NCBI GenBank assembly: GCA_012295275.1
Contig: CM022677.1
Span: 27,032,001-27,096,000 of the forward strand
DNA from: Chrysomallon squamiferum
Lineage: Eukaryota; Animalia; Mollusca
Direction: 5' to 3'
DNA: 64,000 bases
The notes beneath the pieces are model-generated. The model worked only from the letters and a program-made list of their open reading frames with translations. It did no database searches and was not told the DNA's origin. Positions 1 to 13,200 of the stretch are shown here, one piece after another (position 1 is the stretch's first letter; the number at the start of each line of letters is the position of its first letter). The translations under genes were made by a program, and so were the position numbers.

Positions 1-1678
1 ATTTAACAACTACAGTACAGTGTTTACTTGTACATTTAACAACTACAGTACAATCTTTACTTGTACATTTAACAGTTACAGTACAGTCTTTACTTGTACA
101 TTTAACAGTTACAATTTACAGTCTTTACATTTTAATAATTACTTGTACATTTAAGTTACAATTACAGTGTTTACTTGTACATTTAACAACTACAGTACAG
201 TCTTTACTTGTACATTTAATAATTACAGTACAGTCTTTACTTGTACATTTAACAACTACAGTACAGTGTTTATTTGTACATTTAACACCTACAGTACAGT
301 GTTTACTTGTACATTTAACAGTTACAGTACAGTCTTTACTTGTACATTTAACAGTTACAGTACAGTCTTTACTTGTACATTTAACAACTACAGTACAGTG
401 TTTACTTGTACATTTAACAATTACAGTACAGTCTTTACTTGTACATTTAATAATTACAGTACAGTCTTTACTTGTACATTTAACAACTTACAGTGTTTGC
501 TGTACAGTTTTCTTTACTTGTACATTTAACAACTACAGTACAGTGTTTACTTGTACATTTAACAGTTACAGTACAGTCTTTACTTGTACATTTAACAGTT
601 ACAGTACAGTCTTTACTTGTACATTTAACAGTTACAGTACAGTGTTTACTTGTACATTTAACAACTACAGTACAGTCTTTACTTGTACATTTAACAACTA
701 CAGTACAGTCTTTACTTGTACATTTAACAACTACAGTACAGTCTTTACTTGTACATTTAACAACTACAGTACAGTGTTTACTTGTACATTTAACAGTTAC
801 AGTACAGTCTTTACTTGTACATTTAACAACTACAGTACAGTGTTTACTTGTACATTTAACAGTTACATTTAACAAATCACAGTGTTTACTTGTACATTTA
901 ACAATTACAGTACAGTCTTTACTTGTACATTTAACCTTACATTTAACACTTGTGGTACATTTTTTTAATTACAGTCTTTACTTGTACATTTAACAACCAC
1001 AGTACAGTCTTTACTCACATTTAATAATTACAGTACAGTTTTACTTGTACATTTAACAACTACAGTACAGTGTTTTACTTGTACTTTAACAGTTACAGTA
1101 CATTTAACAACAACCACAGTACAGTCTTTACTTGTACATTTAACAACTACAGTACAGTCTTTACTTGTACATTTAACAACTACAGTACAGTCTTTACTTG
1201 TACATTTAATAATTACAGTACAGTCTTTACTTGTACATTTAATAATTACAGTACAGTCTTTACTTGTACATTTAACAGTTTACTTGTACGTTTACAGTAC
1301 AGTCTTTTACTTGTACATTTAACAACTTGTTTAACAGTACAGTCTTTACTTGTACATTTAATAATAATTACAATTACAGTCTTTAACATTTAACAACCAC
1401 AGCACAGTCTTTTTTTTACATTTTTTTTTTGTAGTTAACAACAGTCTTTACTTGTACATTTAACAAACAACTACAGTACAGTCTTTAGTACAGTCTTTTA
1501 CTTGTACATTTAACAACTACAGTACAGTCTTTACTTGTACATTTAACAGTTACAGTACAGTCTTTACTTGTACATTTAATAATTACAGTACAGTCTTTAC
1601 TTGTACATTTAACAACTACAGTACAGTGTTTACTTGTACATTTAATAATTACAGTACAGTCTTTACTTGTACATTTAA
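1..1678. repeat. 33-bp minisatellite/satellite array (ATTTAACAACTACAGTACAGTGTTTACTTGTAC), running into the gap
   Basis: Direct tandem repetition; the 11-aa periodic pseudo-ORFs (FTCTFNNYSTV) confirm the 33-bp period. Confidence 0.95.
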
Positions 1679-1878
1679 NNNNNNNNNNNNNNNNNNNNNN
1701 NNNNNNNNNNNNNNNNNNNNNNNNNNNNNNNNNNNNNNNNNNNNNNNNNNNNNNNNNNNNNNNNNNNNNNNNNNNNNNNNNNNNNNNNNNNNNNNNNNNN
1801 NNNNNNNNNNNNNNNNNNNNNNNNNNNNNNNNNNNNNNNNNNNNNNNNNNNNNNNNNNNNNNNNNNNNNNNNNNNNNN
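1679..1878. other. Assembly gap (200 N)
   Basis: Run of N. The 5' part of gene 1 and the true repeat copy number are unresolved. Confidence 0.99.
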
Positions 1879-4800
1879 CTTTAAACAAAAGCCATAAGGA
1901 ATAAACGATAGAAAACGTTTCGAAATAAACACAAATAGAAACACATATATGTGTCTCTATATTAATATTCACACACGCACACATACATAGAATGTTACTC
2001 AGAAGCAGGTATTCACATTGAAGAACAAACATGTAAACATCAGAGAAACAGACAGGTAATACAGCTGAAATAACTCACACCTATATGCTACCAGATATGT
2101 GAAGATATAACAATAGAAGTAGCCGAATGCACCCTATTTATCCCGTGTAGATTAGCAATTCCGGTGGAAAAGACGAAACACCAATAATACCATTGACCCA
2201 AATGATCATTGTGCTAGGACAAGTTATATGTTTTGACGAAGATTATCTGTCCAAGCACGATTGAAACTGAGTAAATTTAAAAAAAAAGCACCAAACTTCG
2301 AACAGCACACAGCAAATATGCCGTCCTTATGTGAAAAGTTCAATACACAGAAAAAGCTACCACGTGGTGTTGAAAGAAATAACGGAAACTAAAGCAACGA
2401 ACGCTCAGTGAGTAAACACTAAACGATACAAACGTTCCTTTACATTTCAGGTGAAGAGGATACGTGCAAAACTGTCTACACTGCGATGTTAGCTAGATGT
2501 GTTAATAGTACTGGTCACACAAACGATACAATGGCGATTATGCTTTCTCGTGGGCAAGAAGGTTCTATTCCGAAAGGGGAATCGGTTTTCACATTCAGGA
2601 ATAAGCACTGCACGTAAGTCTATTATCCGTTTCTTTGAGTTAGATGTGTACATTTCTATTTATATACGTATGTATGGCTGAACCTACTTGAATAGGTATG
2701 TATACGGTTATATCTGTATTTGTTTAATTATGATCGTTGCTTCTTATAATCATACCTATATCATTATTCATGGCAATGCTTTTCATCTAAACATTTAACA
2801 GTATGTTTTCATCTGTTTCATTGTGGTACTCACGAAACTGTATTCTGACACTTGTAGGAAAACTAAGATCAATTTGGTATCAACGTGTTTCCAAGATGCT
2901 GCTCGTGCCACAGAGAAAAATGATAAATGTAAAGGTTTAATTGGAGATAAAATCAAGAAAGACGCGAAAAATAAATCATCGGAATATAAATTAGTTTGCG
3001 ATGCTGGTAAGTAGATTAGCCGATCTCTTTCTAAAACCAACAAACACCAAGACAAACACGTCTAGTTGATGCCATGCTATATCATAACATCGACACAAAA
3101 CAAACATTTATGTAGATATGCCTCTCTCTCTTTGTACGTCCATGCAGTATACTATTAATTGATGTTCTACAATAAATAAATAAAGAAATAAAGAAATAAT
3201 TTTCATATCTTGATTTGTTTTCTTCTTCTAAGTTTCTGGCGAGTGGAATGAATGGACAAAAGAGCACGAAAAGTGCAATAACACATGTGGTGTCGGTACA
3301 GCTGTTGTATCGAAAATTCGAACATGTAAGAAACTCCCAGATACTGGAAACAAACTAAAACTATGCATAGGAGATTCTAACAAAACAGAATATGAATCCT
3401 GTGACACAACACAATTATGTAAAAGTAAGTAATAATACGAGAAGATTAGTTAGTTATAAATGTGAAAAGTAGGATAATGCACTTTAAACAAAAGCCATAA
3501 GGAATAAACGATAGAAAACGTTTCGAAATAAACACAAATAGAAACACATATATGTGTCTCTATATTAATATTCACACACGCACACATACATAGAATGTTA
3601 CTCAGAAGCAGGTATTCACATTGAAGAACAAACATGTAAACATCAGAGAAACAGACAGGTAATACAGCTGAAATAACTCACACCTATATGCTACCAGATA
3701 TGTGAAGATATAACAATAGAAGTAGCCGAATGCACCCTATTTATCCCGTGTAGATTAGCAATTCCGGTGGAAAAGACGAAACACCAATAATACCATTGAC
3801 CCAAATGATCATTGTGCTAGGACAAGTTATATGTTTTGACGAAGATTATCTGTCCAAGCACGATTGAAACTGAGTAAATTTATAAAAAAAAGCACCAAAC
3901 TTCGAACAGCACACAGCAAATATGCCGTCCTTATGTGAAAAGTTCAATACACAGAAAAAGCTACCACGTGGTGTTGAAAGAAATAACGGAAACTAAAGCA
4001 ACGAACGCTCAGTGAGTAAACACTAAACGATACAAACGTTCCTTTACATTTCAGGTGAAGAGGATACGTGCAAAACTGTCTACACTGCGATGTTAGCTAG
4101 ATGTGTTAATAGTACTGGTCACACAAACGATACAATGGCGATTATGCTTTCTCGTGGGCAAGAAGGTTCTATTCCGAAAGGGGAATCGGTTTTCACATTC
4201 AGGAATAAGCACTGCACGTAAGTCTATTATCCGTTTCTTTGAGTTAGATGTGTACATTTCTATTTATATACGTATGTATGGCTGAACCTACTTGAATAGG
4301 TATGTATACGGTTATATCTGTATTTGTTTAATTATGATCGTTGCTTCTTATAATCATACCTATATCATTATTCATGGCAATGCTTTTCATCTAAACATTT
4401 AACAGTATGTTTTCATCTGTTTCATTGTGGTACTCACGAAACTGTATTCTGACACTTGTAGGAAAACTAAGATCAATTTGGTATCAACGTGTTTCCAAGA
4501 TGCTGCTCGTGCCACAGAGAAAAATGATAAATGTAAAGGTTTAATTGGAGATAAAATCAAGAAAGACGCGAAAAATAAATCATCGGAATATAAATTAGTT
4601 TGCGATGCTGGTAAGTAGATTAGCCGATCTCTTTCTAAAACCAACAAACACCAAGACAAACACGTCTAGTTGATGCCATGCTATATCATAACATCGACAC
4701 AAAACAAACATTTATGTAGATATGCCTCTCTCTCTTTGTACGTCCATGCAGTATACTATTAATTGATGTTCTACAATAAATAAATAAAGAAATAAAGAAA

Positions 4801-7264
4801 TAATTTTCATATCTTGATTTGTTTTCTTCTTCTAAGTTTCTGGCGAGTGGAATGAATGGACAAAAGAGCACGAAAAGTGCAATAACACATGTGGTGTCGG
4901 TACAGCTGTTGTATCGAAAATTCGAACATGTAAGAAACTCCCAGATACTGGAAACAAACTAAAACTATGCATAGGAGATTCTAACAAAACAGAATATGAA
5001 TCCTGTGACACAACACAATTATGTAAAAGTAAGTAATAATACGAGAAGATTAGTTAGTTATAAATGTGAAAAGTAGGATAATGCACTTTAAACAAAAGCC
5101 ATAAGGAATAAACGATAGAAAACGTTTCGAAATAAACACAAATAGAAACACATATATGTGTCTCTATATTAATATTCACACACGCACACATACATAGAAT
5201 GTTACTCAGAAGCAGGTATTCACATTGAAGAACAAACATGTAAACATCAGAGAAACAGACAGGTAATACAGCTGAAATAACTCACACCTATATGCTACCA
5301 GATATGTGAAGATATAACAATAGAAGTAGCCGAATGCACCCTATTTATCCCGTGTAGATTAGCAATTCCGGTGGAAAAGACGAAACACCAATAATACCAT
5401 TGACCCAAATGATCATTGTGCTAGGACAAGTTATATGTTTTGACGAAGATTATCTGTCCAAGCACGATTGAAACTGAGTAAATTTAAAAAAAAAAAGCAC
5501 CAAACTTCGAACAGCACACAGCAAATATGCCGTCCTTATGTGAAAAGTTCAATACACAGAAAAAGCTACCACGTGGTGTTGAAAGAAATAACGGAAACTA
5601 AAGCAACGAACGCTCAGTGAGTAAACACTAAACGATACAAACGTTCCTTTACATTTCAGGTGAAGAGGATACGTGCAAAACTGTCTACACTGCGATGTTA
5701 GCTAGATGTGTTAATAGTACTGGTCACACAAACGATACAATGGCGATTATGCTTTCTCGTGGGCAAGAAGGTTCTATTCCGAAAGGGGAATCGGTTTTCA
5801 CATTCAGGAATAAGCACTGCACGTAAGTCTATTATCCGTTTCTTTGAGTTAGATGTGTACATTTCTATTTATATACGTATGTATGGCTGAACCTACTTGA
5901 ATAGGTATGTATACGGTTATATCTGTATTTGTTTAATTATGATCGTTGCTTCTTATAATCATACCTATATCATTATTCATGGCAATGCTTTTCATCTAAA
6001 CATTTAACAGTATGTTTTCATCTGTTTCATTGTGGTACTCACGAAACTGTATTCTGACACTTGTAGGAAAACTAAGATCAATTTGGTATCAACGTGTTTC
6101 CAAGATGCTGCTCGTGCCACAGAGAAAAATGATAAATGTAAAGGTTTAATTGGAGATAAAATCAAGAAAGACGCGAAAAATAAATCATCGGAATATAAAT
6201 TAGTTTGCGATGCTGGTAAGTAGATTAGCCGATCTCTTTCTAAAACCAACAAACACCAAGACAAACACGTCTAGTTGATGCCATGCTATATCATAACATC
6301 GACACAAAACAAACATTTATGTAGATATGCCTCTCTCTCTTTGTACGTCCATGCAGTATACTATTAATTGATGTTCTACAATAAATAAATAAAGAAATAA
6401 AGAAATAATTTTCATATCTTGATTTGTTTTCTTCTTCTAAGTTTCTGGCGAGTGGAATGAATGGACAAAAGAGCACGAAAAGTGCAATAACACATGTGGT
6501 GTCGGTACAGCTGTTGTATCGAAAATTCGAACATGTAAGAAACTCCCAGATACTGGAAACAAACTAAAACTATGCATAGGAGATTCTAACAAAACAGAAT
6601 ATGAATCCTGTGACACAACACAATTATGTAAAAGTAAGTAATAATACGAGAAGATTAGTTAGTTATAAATGTGAAAAGTAGGATAATGCACTTTAAACAA
6701 AAGCCATAAGGAATAAACGATAGAAAACGTTTCGAAATAAACACAAATAGAAACACATATATGTGTCTCTATATTAATATTCACACACGCACACATACAT
6801 AGAATGTTACTCAGAAGCAGGTATTCACATTGAAGAACAAACATGTAAACATCAGAGAAACAGACAGGTAATACAGCTGAAATAACTCACACCTATATGC
6901 TACCAGATATGTGAAGATATAACAATAGAAGTAGCCGAATGCACCCTATTTATCCCGTGTAGATTAGCAATTCCGGTGGAAAAGACGAAACACCAATAAT
7001 ACCATTGACCCAAATGATCATTGTGCTAGGACAAGTTATATGTTTTGACGAAGATTATCTGTCCAAGCACGATTGAAACTGAGTAAATTTATAAAAAAAA
7101 AGCACCAAACTTCGAACAGCACACAGCAAATATGCCGTCCTTATGTGAAAAGTTCAATACACAGAAAAAGCTACCACGTGGTGTTGAAAGAAATAACGGA
7201 AACTAAAGCAACGAACGCTCAGTGAGTAAACACTAAACGATACAAACGTTCCTTTACATTTCAG
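1879..7264 (+). repeat. Tandem array type 1, ~1604-1605-bp unit with exons A+B (six-Cys domain) and C (TSP1); 3 full copies plus a partial intron
   Basis: Exon A starts at 2451, 4055, 5660 and 7265. Copies are essentially identical including introns; the visible differences are in a poly-A tract. Confidence 0.95.
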
Positions 7265-10200
7265 GTGAAGAGGATACGTGCAAAACTGTCTACACTGCGA
7301 TGTTAGCTAGATGTGTTAATAGTACTGGTCACACAAACGATACAATGGCGATTATGCTTTCTCGTGGGCAAGAAGGTTCTATTCCGAAAGGGGAATCGAT
7401 TTTCACATTCAGAAAAAAGCACTGCACGTAAGTGTATTTTCCGATGTTTTCAATTAGATGTGTTTGTATTTGATTTCTTATACGTGCAGGCATGCATATA
7501 TGGCTGAACATAGTTCAGTAGGTATGCACCCGCATATATCTGTTTTTGAATAACTATTTTCTATCAGTGCTTTTCATACATGCATTGAATAATCGTTTTT
7601 ATTCTTTTCTTCTTTCTTTTTTTTTTTTCAATTTTTTTCTAATGTTCATTCTGAAACTTGTAGGAAAACTAAGATCAATTTGGTAACAAAGTGTTTCCAA
7701 GATGCTGCTGATACCACAGAGCAAAATGATAAATGTAAAGGTTTAATTGGAGATAAAATCAAGAAAGACGCGAAAAATAAATCATCGGAATATAATTATT
7801 TTGCGATGCTGGTAAGTAGACTGTCGGATCTATTTTTAAAGTCAATAAACTCTAACAGTAAATTGTCTAGTTGACATGAAATCATGTGATGACGTCGATA
7901 TAATACATACTTATATCCAGTTATATAGGTATCTATTAAATAGTTGTATTTCTCATCTGTACATTTTTGTTAGTAACCGATTCCTATTTTTGATGCTTCT
8001 GTTCGCCATTCCAAAATCTTAAATTAAAGAAAAAAATCTTGCGTTTGAGAAAAAGATAATTCTTCCTTCATATTCTCAGGTGCAAAACTGCCAGAAAAGA
8101 AGAAAGATGAAAAAGGTGAGATAAAGAATTGCAAGAACTGAACATTTTGTCTATCTCTTGACACTTATCTTTATTGCTCTTATTTTTGCACCTCTCAGTG
8201 TACATTTACTAGTCATTTCTACTTTTTTATGAATGTGTGTATGGCCCTGATTCTTATAACATGTCTTAGCATTTGTACTACAGACTCTTAAATCACCTTC
8301 CAATACTGTGTTACAAAGACCCAGGAATAAGCAAATATGAATAATGAGTAGATACGTAAATATGATAGATAAAAGGAAGGGCGTTTACAAATAAAGATAC
8401 ACTTATATATAGTAAAGAGAAAAGAAAGGAGGAGTAGAGAGGATTAATAGTATTCTATTTTCTTAGGGACAAAAGTTCCAGAAAAGCCGGAAGATAAGAA
8501 AAGTGAGTTGAACACACACATATACGTTAGCCTTTTTGTTTTCTTCCAGACAGGTCTTTTCATATCTAGCTTCTCTAATATCTCCCTCTACTCTTGTCTG
8601 TCTTTGACTCAGTCTGTCGCTAACGACATTTGTCTATGAAGGTACCACAGCAACAGTTACAGAAATCCGCCATATTTATCCCCCGATGTGGTAAACACAA
8701 AACCGTAACAGCAATAATACCGTGGACCCAAATGTTCATTGCTCAATGACAAATTATGTGTTTTGACGTAGATTCACTGACTAAGCAGGACTAAACTCAG
8801 TAAATGTTTTAAAAGTTACAAAACTTCGAACAGTTCACAGCAAATATGCCGTCCTTGCAAATATGCAAAGAGCATTTCACAGAATAACCTACAACGTGGT
8901 GTTAACAGAAATAAAGTAAAGCAAACAACCATTAGTATGCAACCAGCAAACGTAGTAACTTTTTTTACATTTCAGGTAAAGAAGATTGGTGCAAAGCTGT
9001 CTATGCAGCGATGTTAGCTAGATGTGTTAATAGTACTGGTCACACAAACGATACAATGGCGATTATGCTTTCTCGTGGGCAAGAAGGTTCTATTCCGAAA
9101 GGGGAATCGATTTTCACATTCAGAAAAAAGCACTGCACGTAAGTGTATTTTCCGATGTTTTCAATTAGATGTGTTTGTATTTGATTTCTTATACGTGCAG
9201 GCATGCATATATGGCTGAATATGGTTCAGTAGGTATGCACCCGCATATATCTGTTTTTGAATAACTATTTTCTATCAGTGCTTTTCATACATGCATTGAA
9301 TAATCGTTTTTATTCTTTTCTTCTTTTTTTTTTTTTCAATTTTTTTCTAATGTTCATTCTGAAACTTGTAGGAAAACTAAGATCAATTTGGTAACAAAGT
9401 GTTTCCAAGATGCTGCTGATACCACAGAGCAAAATGATAAATGTAAAGGTTTAATTGGAGATAAAATCCAGAAAGACGCGAAAAATAAATCATCGGAATA
9501 TAAAATATTTTGCGATGCTGGTAAGTAGACTGTCGGATCTCTTTTTAAAGTCAATAAACTCTAACAGTAAATTGTCTAGTTGACATGAAATCATGTGATG
9601 ACATCGATATAATACATACTTATATCCAGTTATATAGGTATCTATTAAATAGTTTTATTTCTCATCTGTACATTTTTGTTAGTAACCGATTCCTATTTTT
9701 GATGCTTCTGTTCGCCATTCCAAAATCTTAAATTAAAGAAAAAAATCTTGCGTTTGAGAAAAAGATAATTCTTCCTTCATATTCTCAGGTGCAAAACTGC
9801 CAGAAAAGAAGAAAGATGAAAAAGGTGAGATAAAGAATTGCAAGAACTGAACATTTTGTCTATCTCTTGACACTTATCATTATTGCTCTTATTTTTGCAC
9901 CTCTCAGTGTACATTTACTAGTCATTTCTACTTTTTTATGAATGTGTGTATGGCCCTGATTCTTATAACATGTCTTAGCATTTGTACTACAGACTCTTAA
10001 ATCACCTTCCAATACTGTGTTACAAAGACCCAGGAATAAACAAATATGAATAATGAGTAGATACGTAAATATGATAGATAAAAGGAAGGGCGTTTACAAA
10101 TAAAGATACACTTATATATAGTAAAGAGAAAAGAAAGGAGGAGTAGAGAGGATTAATAGTATTCTATTTTCTTAGGGACAAAAGTTCCAGAAAAGCCGGA

Positions 10201-13200
10201 AGATAAGAAAAGTGAGTTGAACACACACATATACGTTAGCCTTTTTGTTTTCTTCCAGACAGGTCTTTTCATATCTAGCTTCTCTAATATCTCCCTCTAC
10301 TCTTGTCTGTCTTTGACTCAGTCTGTCGCTAACGACATTTGTCTATGAAGGTACCACAGCAACAGTTACAGAAATCCGCCATATTTATCCCCCGATGTGG
10401 TAAAGACAAAACCCTAACAGCAATAATACCATGGACCCAAATGTTCATTGCTCAATGACAAATTATGTGTTTTGACGTAGATTCACTGACTAAGCAGGAC
10501 TAAACTCAGTAAATGTTTTAAAAGTTACAAAACTTCGAACAGTTCACAGCAAATATGCCGTCCTTGCAAATATGCAAAGAGCATTTCACAGAATAACCTA
10601 CAACGTGGTGTTAACAGAAATAAAGTAAAGCAAACAACCATCAGTATGCAACCAGCAAACGTAGTAACTTTTTTTACATTTCAGATAAAGAAGATTGGTG
10701 CAAACATGTCTATGCAGCGATGTTAGCTAGATGTGTTAATAGTACTGGTCACACAAACGATACAATGGCGATTATGCTTTCTCGTGGGCAAGAAGGTTCT
10801 ATTCCGAAAGGGGAATCGATTTTCACATTCAGAAAAAAGCACTGCACGTAAGTGTATTTTCCGATGTTTTCAATTAGATGTGTTTGTATTTGATTTCTTA
10901 TACGTGCAGGCATGCATATATGGCTGAACATAGTTCAGTAGGTATGCACCCGCATATATCTGTTTTTGAATAACTATTTTCTATCAGTGCTTTTCATACA
11001 TGCATTGAATAATCGTTTTTATTCTTTTCTTCTTTCTTTTTTTTTTCAATTTTTTTCTAATGTTCATTCTGAAACTTGTAGGAAAACTAAGATCAATTTG
11101 GTAACAAAGTGTTTCCAAGATGCTGCTGATACCACAGAGCAAAATGATAAATGTAAAGGTTTAATTGGAGATAAAATCCAGAAAGACGCGAAAAATAAAT
11201 CATCGGAATATAAAATATTTTGCGATGCTGGTAAGTAGACTGTCGGATCTCTTTTTAAAGTCAATAAACTCTAACAGTAAATTGTCTAGTTGACATGAAA
11301 TCATGTGATGACATCGATATAATACATACTTATATCCAGTTATATAGGTATCTATTAAATAGTTTTATTTCTCATCTGTACATTTTTGTTAGTAACCGAT
11401 TCCTATTTTTGATGCTTCTGTTCGCCATTCCAAAATCTTAAATTAAAGAAAAAAATCTTGCGTTTGAGAAAAAGATAATTCTTCCTTCATATTCTCAGGT
11501 GCAAAACTGCCAGAAAAGAAGAAAGATGAAAAAGGTGAGATAAAGAATTGCAAGAACTGAACATTTTGTCTATCTCTTGACACTTATCATTATTGCTCTT
11601 ATTTTTGCACCTCTCAGTGTACATTTACTAGTCAAATCTACTTTTTTATGAATGTGTGTATGGCCCTGATTCTTATAACATGTCTTAGCATTTGTACTAC
11701 AGACTCTTAAATCACCTTCCAATACTGTGTTACAAAGACCCAGGAATAAACAAATATGAATAATGAGTAGATACGTAAATATGATAGATAAAAGGAAGGG
11801 CGTTTACAAATAAAGATACACTTATATATAGTAAAGAGAAAAGAAAGGAGGAGTAGAGAGGATTAATAGTATTCTATTTTCTTAGGGACAAAAGTTCCAG
11901 AAAAGCCGGAAGATAAGAAAAGTGAGTTGAACACACACATATACGTTAGCCTCTTTGTTTTCTTCCAGACAGGTCTTTTCATATCTAGCTTCTCTAATAT
12001 CTCCCTCTACTCTTGTCTGTCTTTGACTCAGTCTGTCGCTAACGACATTTGTCTATGAAGGTACCACAGCAACAGTTACAGAAATCCGCCATATTTATCC
12101 CCCGATGTGGTAAAGACAAAACCCTAACAGCAATAATACCATGGACCCAAATGTTCATTGCTCAATGACAAATTATGTGTTTTGACGTAGATTCACTGAC
12201 TAAGCAGGACTAAACTCAGTAAATGTTTTAAAAGTTACAAAACTTCGAACAGTTCACAGCAAATATGCCGTCCTTGCAAATATGCAAAGAGCATTTCACA
12301 GAATAACCTACAACGTGGTGTTAACAGAAATAAAGTAAAGCAAACAACCATCAGTATGCAACCAGCAAACGTAGTAACTTTTTTTACATTTCAGATAAAG
12401 AAGATTGGTGCAAACATGTCTATGCAGCGATGTTAGCTAGATGTGTTAATAGTACTGGTCACACAAACGATACAATGGCGATTATGCTTTCTCGTGGGCA
12501 AGAAGGTTCTATTCCGAAAGGGGAATCGATTTTCACATTCAGAAAAAGCACTGCACGTAAGTGTATTTTCCGATGTTTTCAATTAGATGTGTTTGTATTT
12601 GATTTCTTATACGTGCAGGCATGCATATATGGCTGAACATGGTTCAGTAGGTATGCACCCGCATATATCTGTTTTTGAATAACTATTTTCTATCAGTGCT
12701 TTTCATACATGCATTGAATAATCGTTTTTATTCTTTTCTTTTCTTTTTTTTTTTTTTTTCAATTTTTTTTTCTAATGTTCATTCTGAAACTTGTAGGAAA
12801 ACTAAGATCAATTTGGTAACAAAGTGTTTCCAAGATGCTGCTGATACCACAGAGCAAAATGATAAATGTAAAGGTTTAATTGGAGATAAAATCCAGAAAG
12901 ACGCGAAAAATAAATCATCGGAATATAAAATATTTTGCGATGCTGGTAAGTAGACTGTCGGATCTCTTTTTAAAGTCAATAAACTCTAACAGTAAATTGT
13001 CTAGTTGACATGAAATCATGTGATGACATCGATATAATACATACTTATATCCAGTTATATAGGTATCTATTAAATAGTTGTATTTCTCATCTGTACATTT
13101 TTGTTAGTAACCGATTCCTATTTTTGATGCTTCTGTTCGCCATTCCAAAATCTTAAATTAAAGAAAAAAATCTTGCGTTTGAGAAAAAGATAATTCTTCC

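Noticed and set aside
167-1393. Periodic ORFs (FTCTFNNYSTV, VKCTSKHC) and a CRISPR-like appearance
   Set aside because: Translations of a 33-bp satellite with no unique spacers and no cas genes, in eukaryotic context.
2499-2681. ORF MLIVLVTQTIQWRLCF and its copies
   Set aside because: Alternative frame over exon A; the spliced frame gives the coherent Cys-rich domain.
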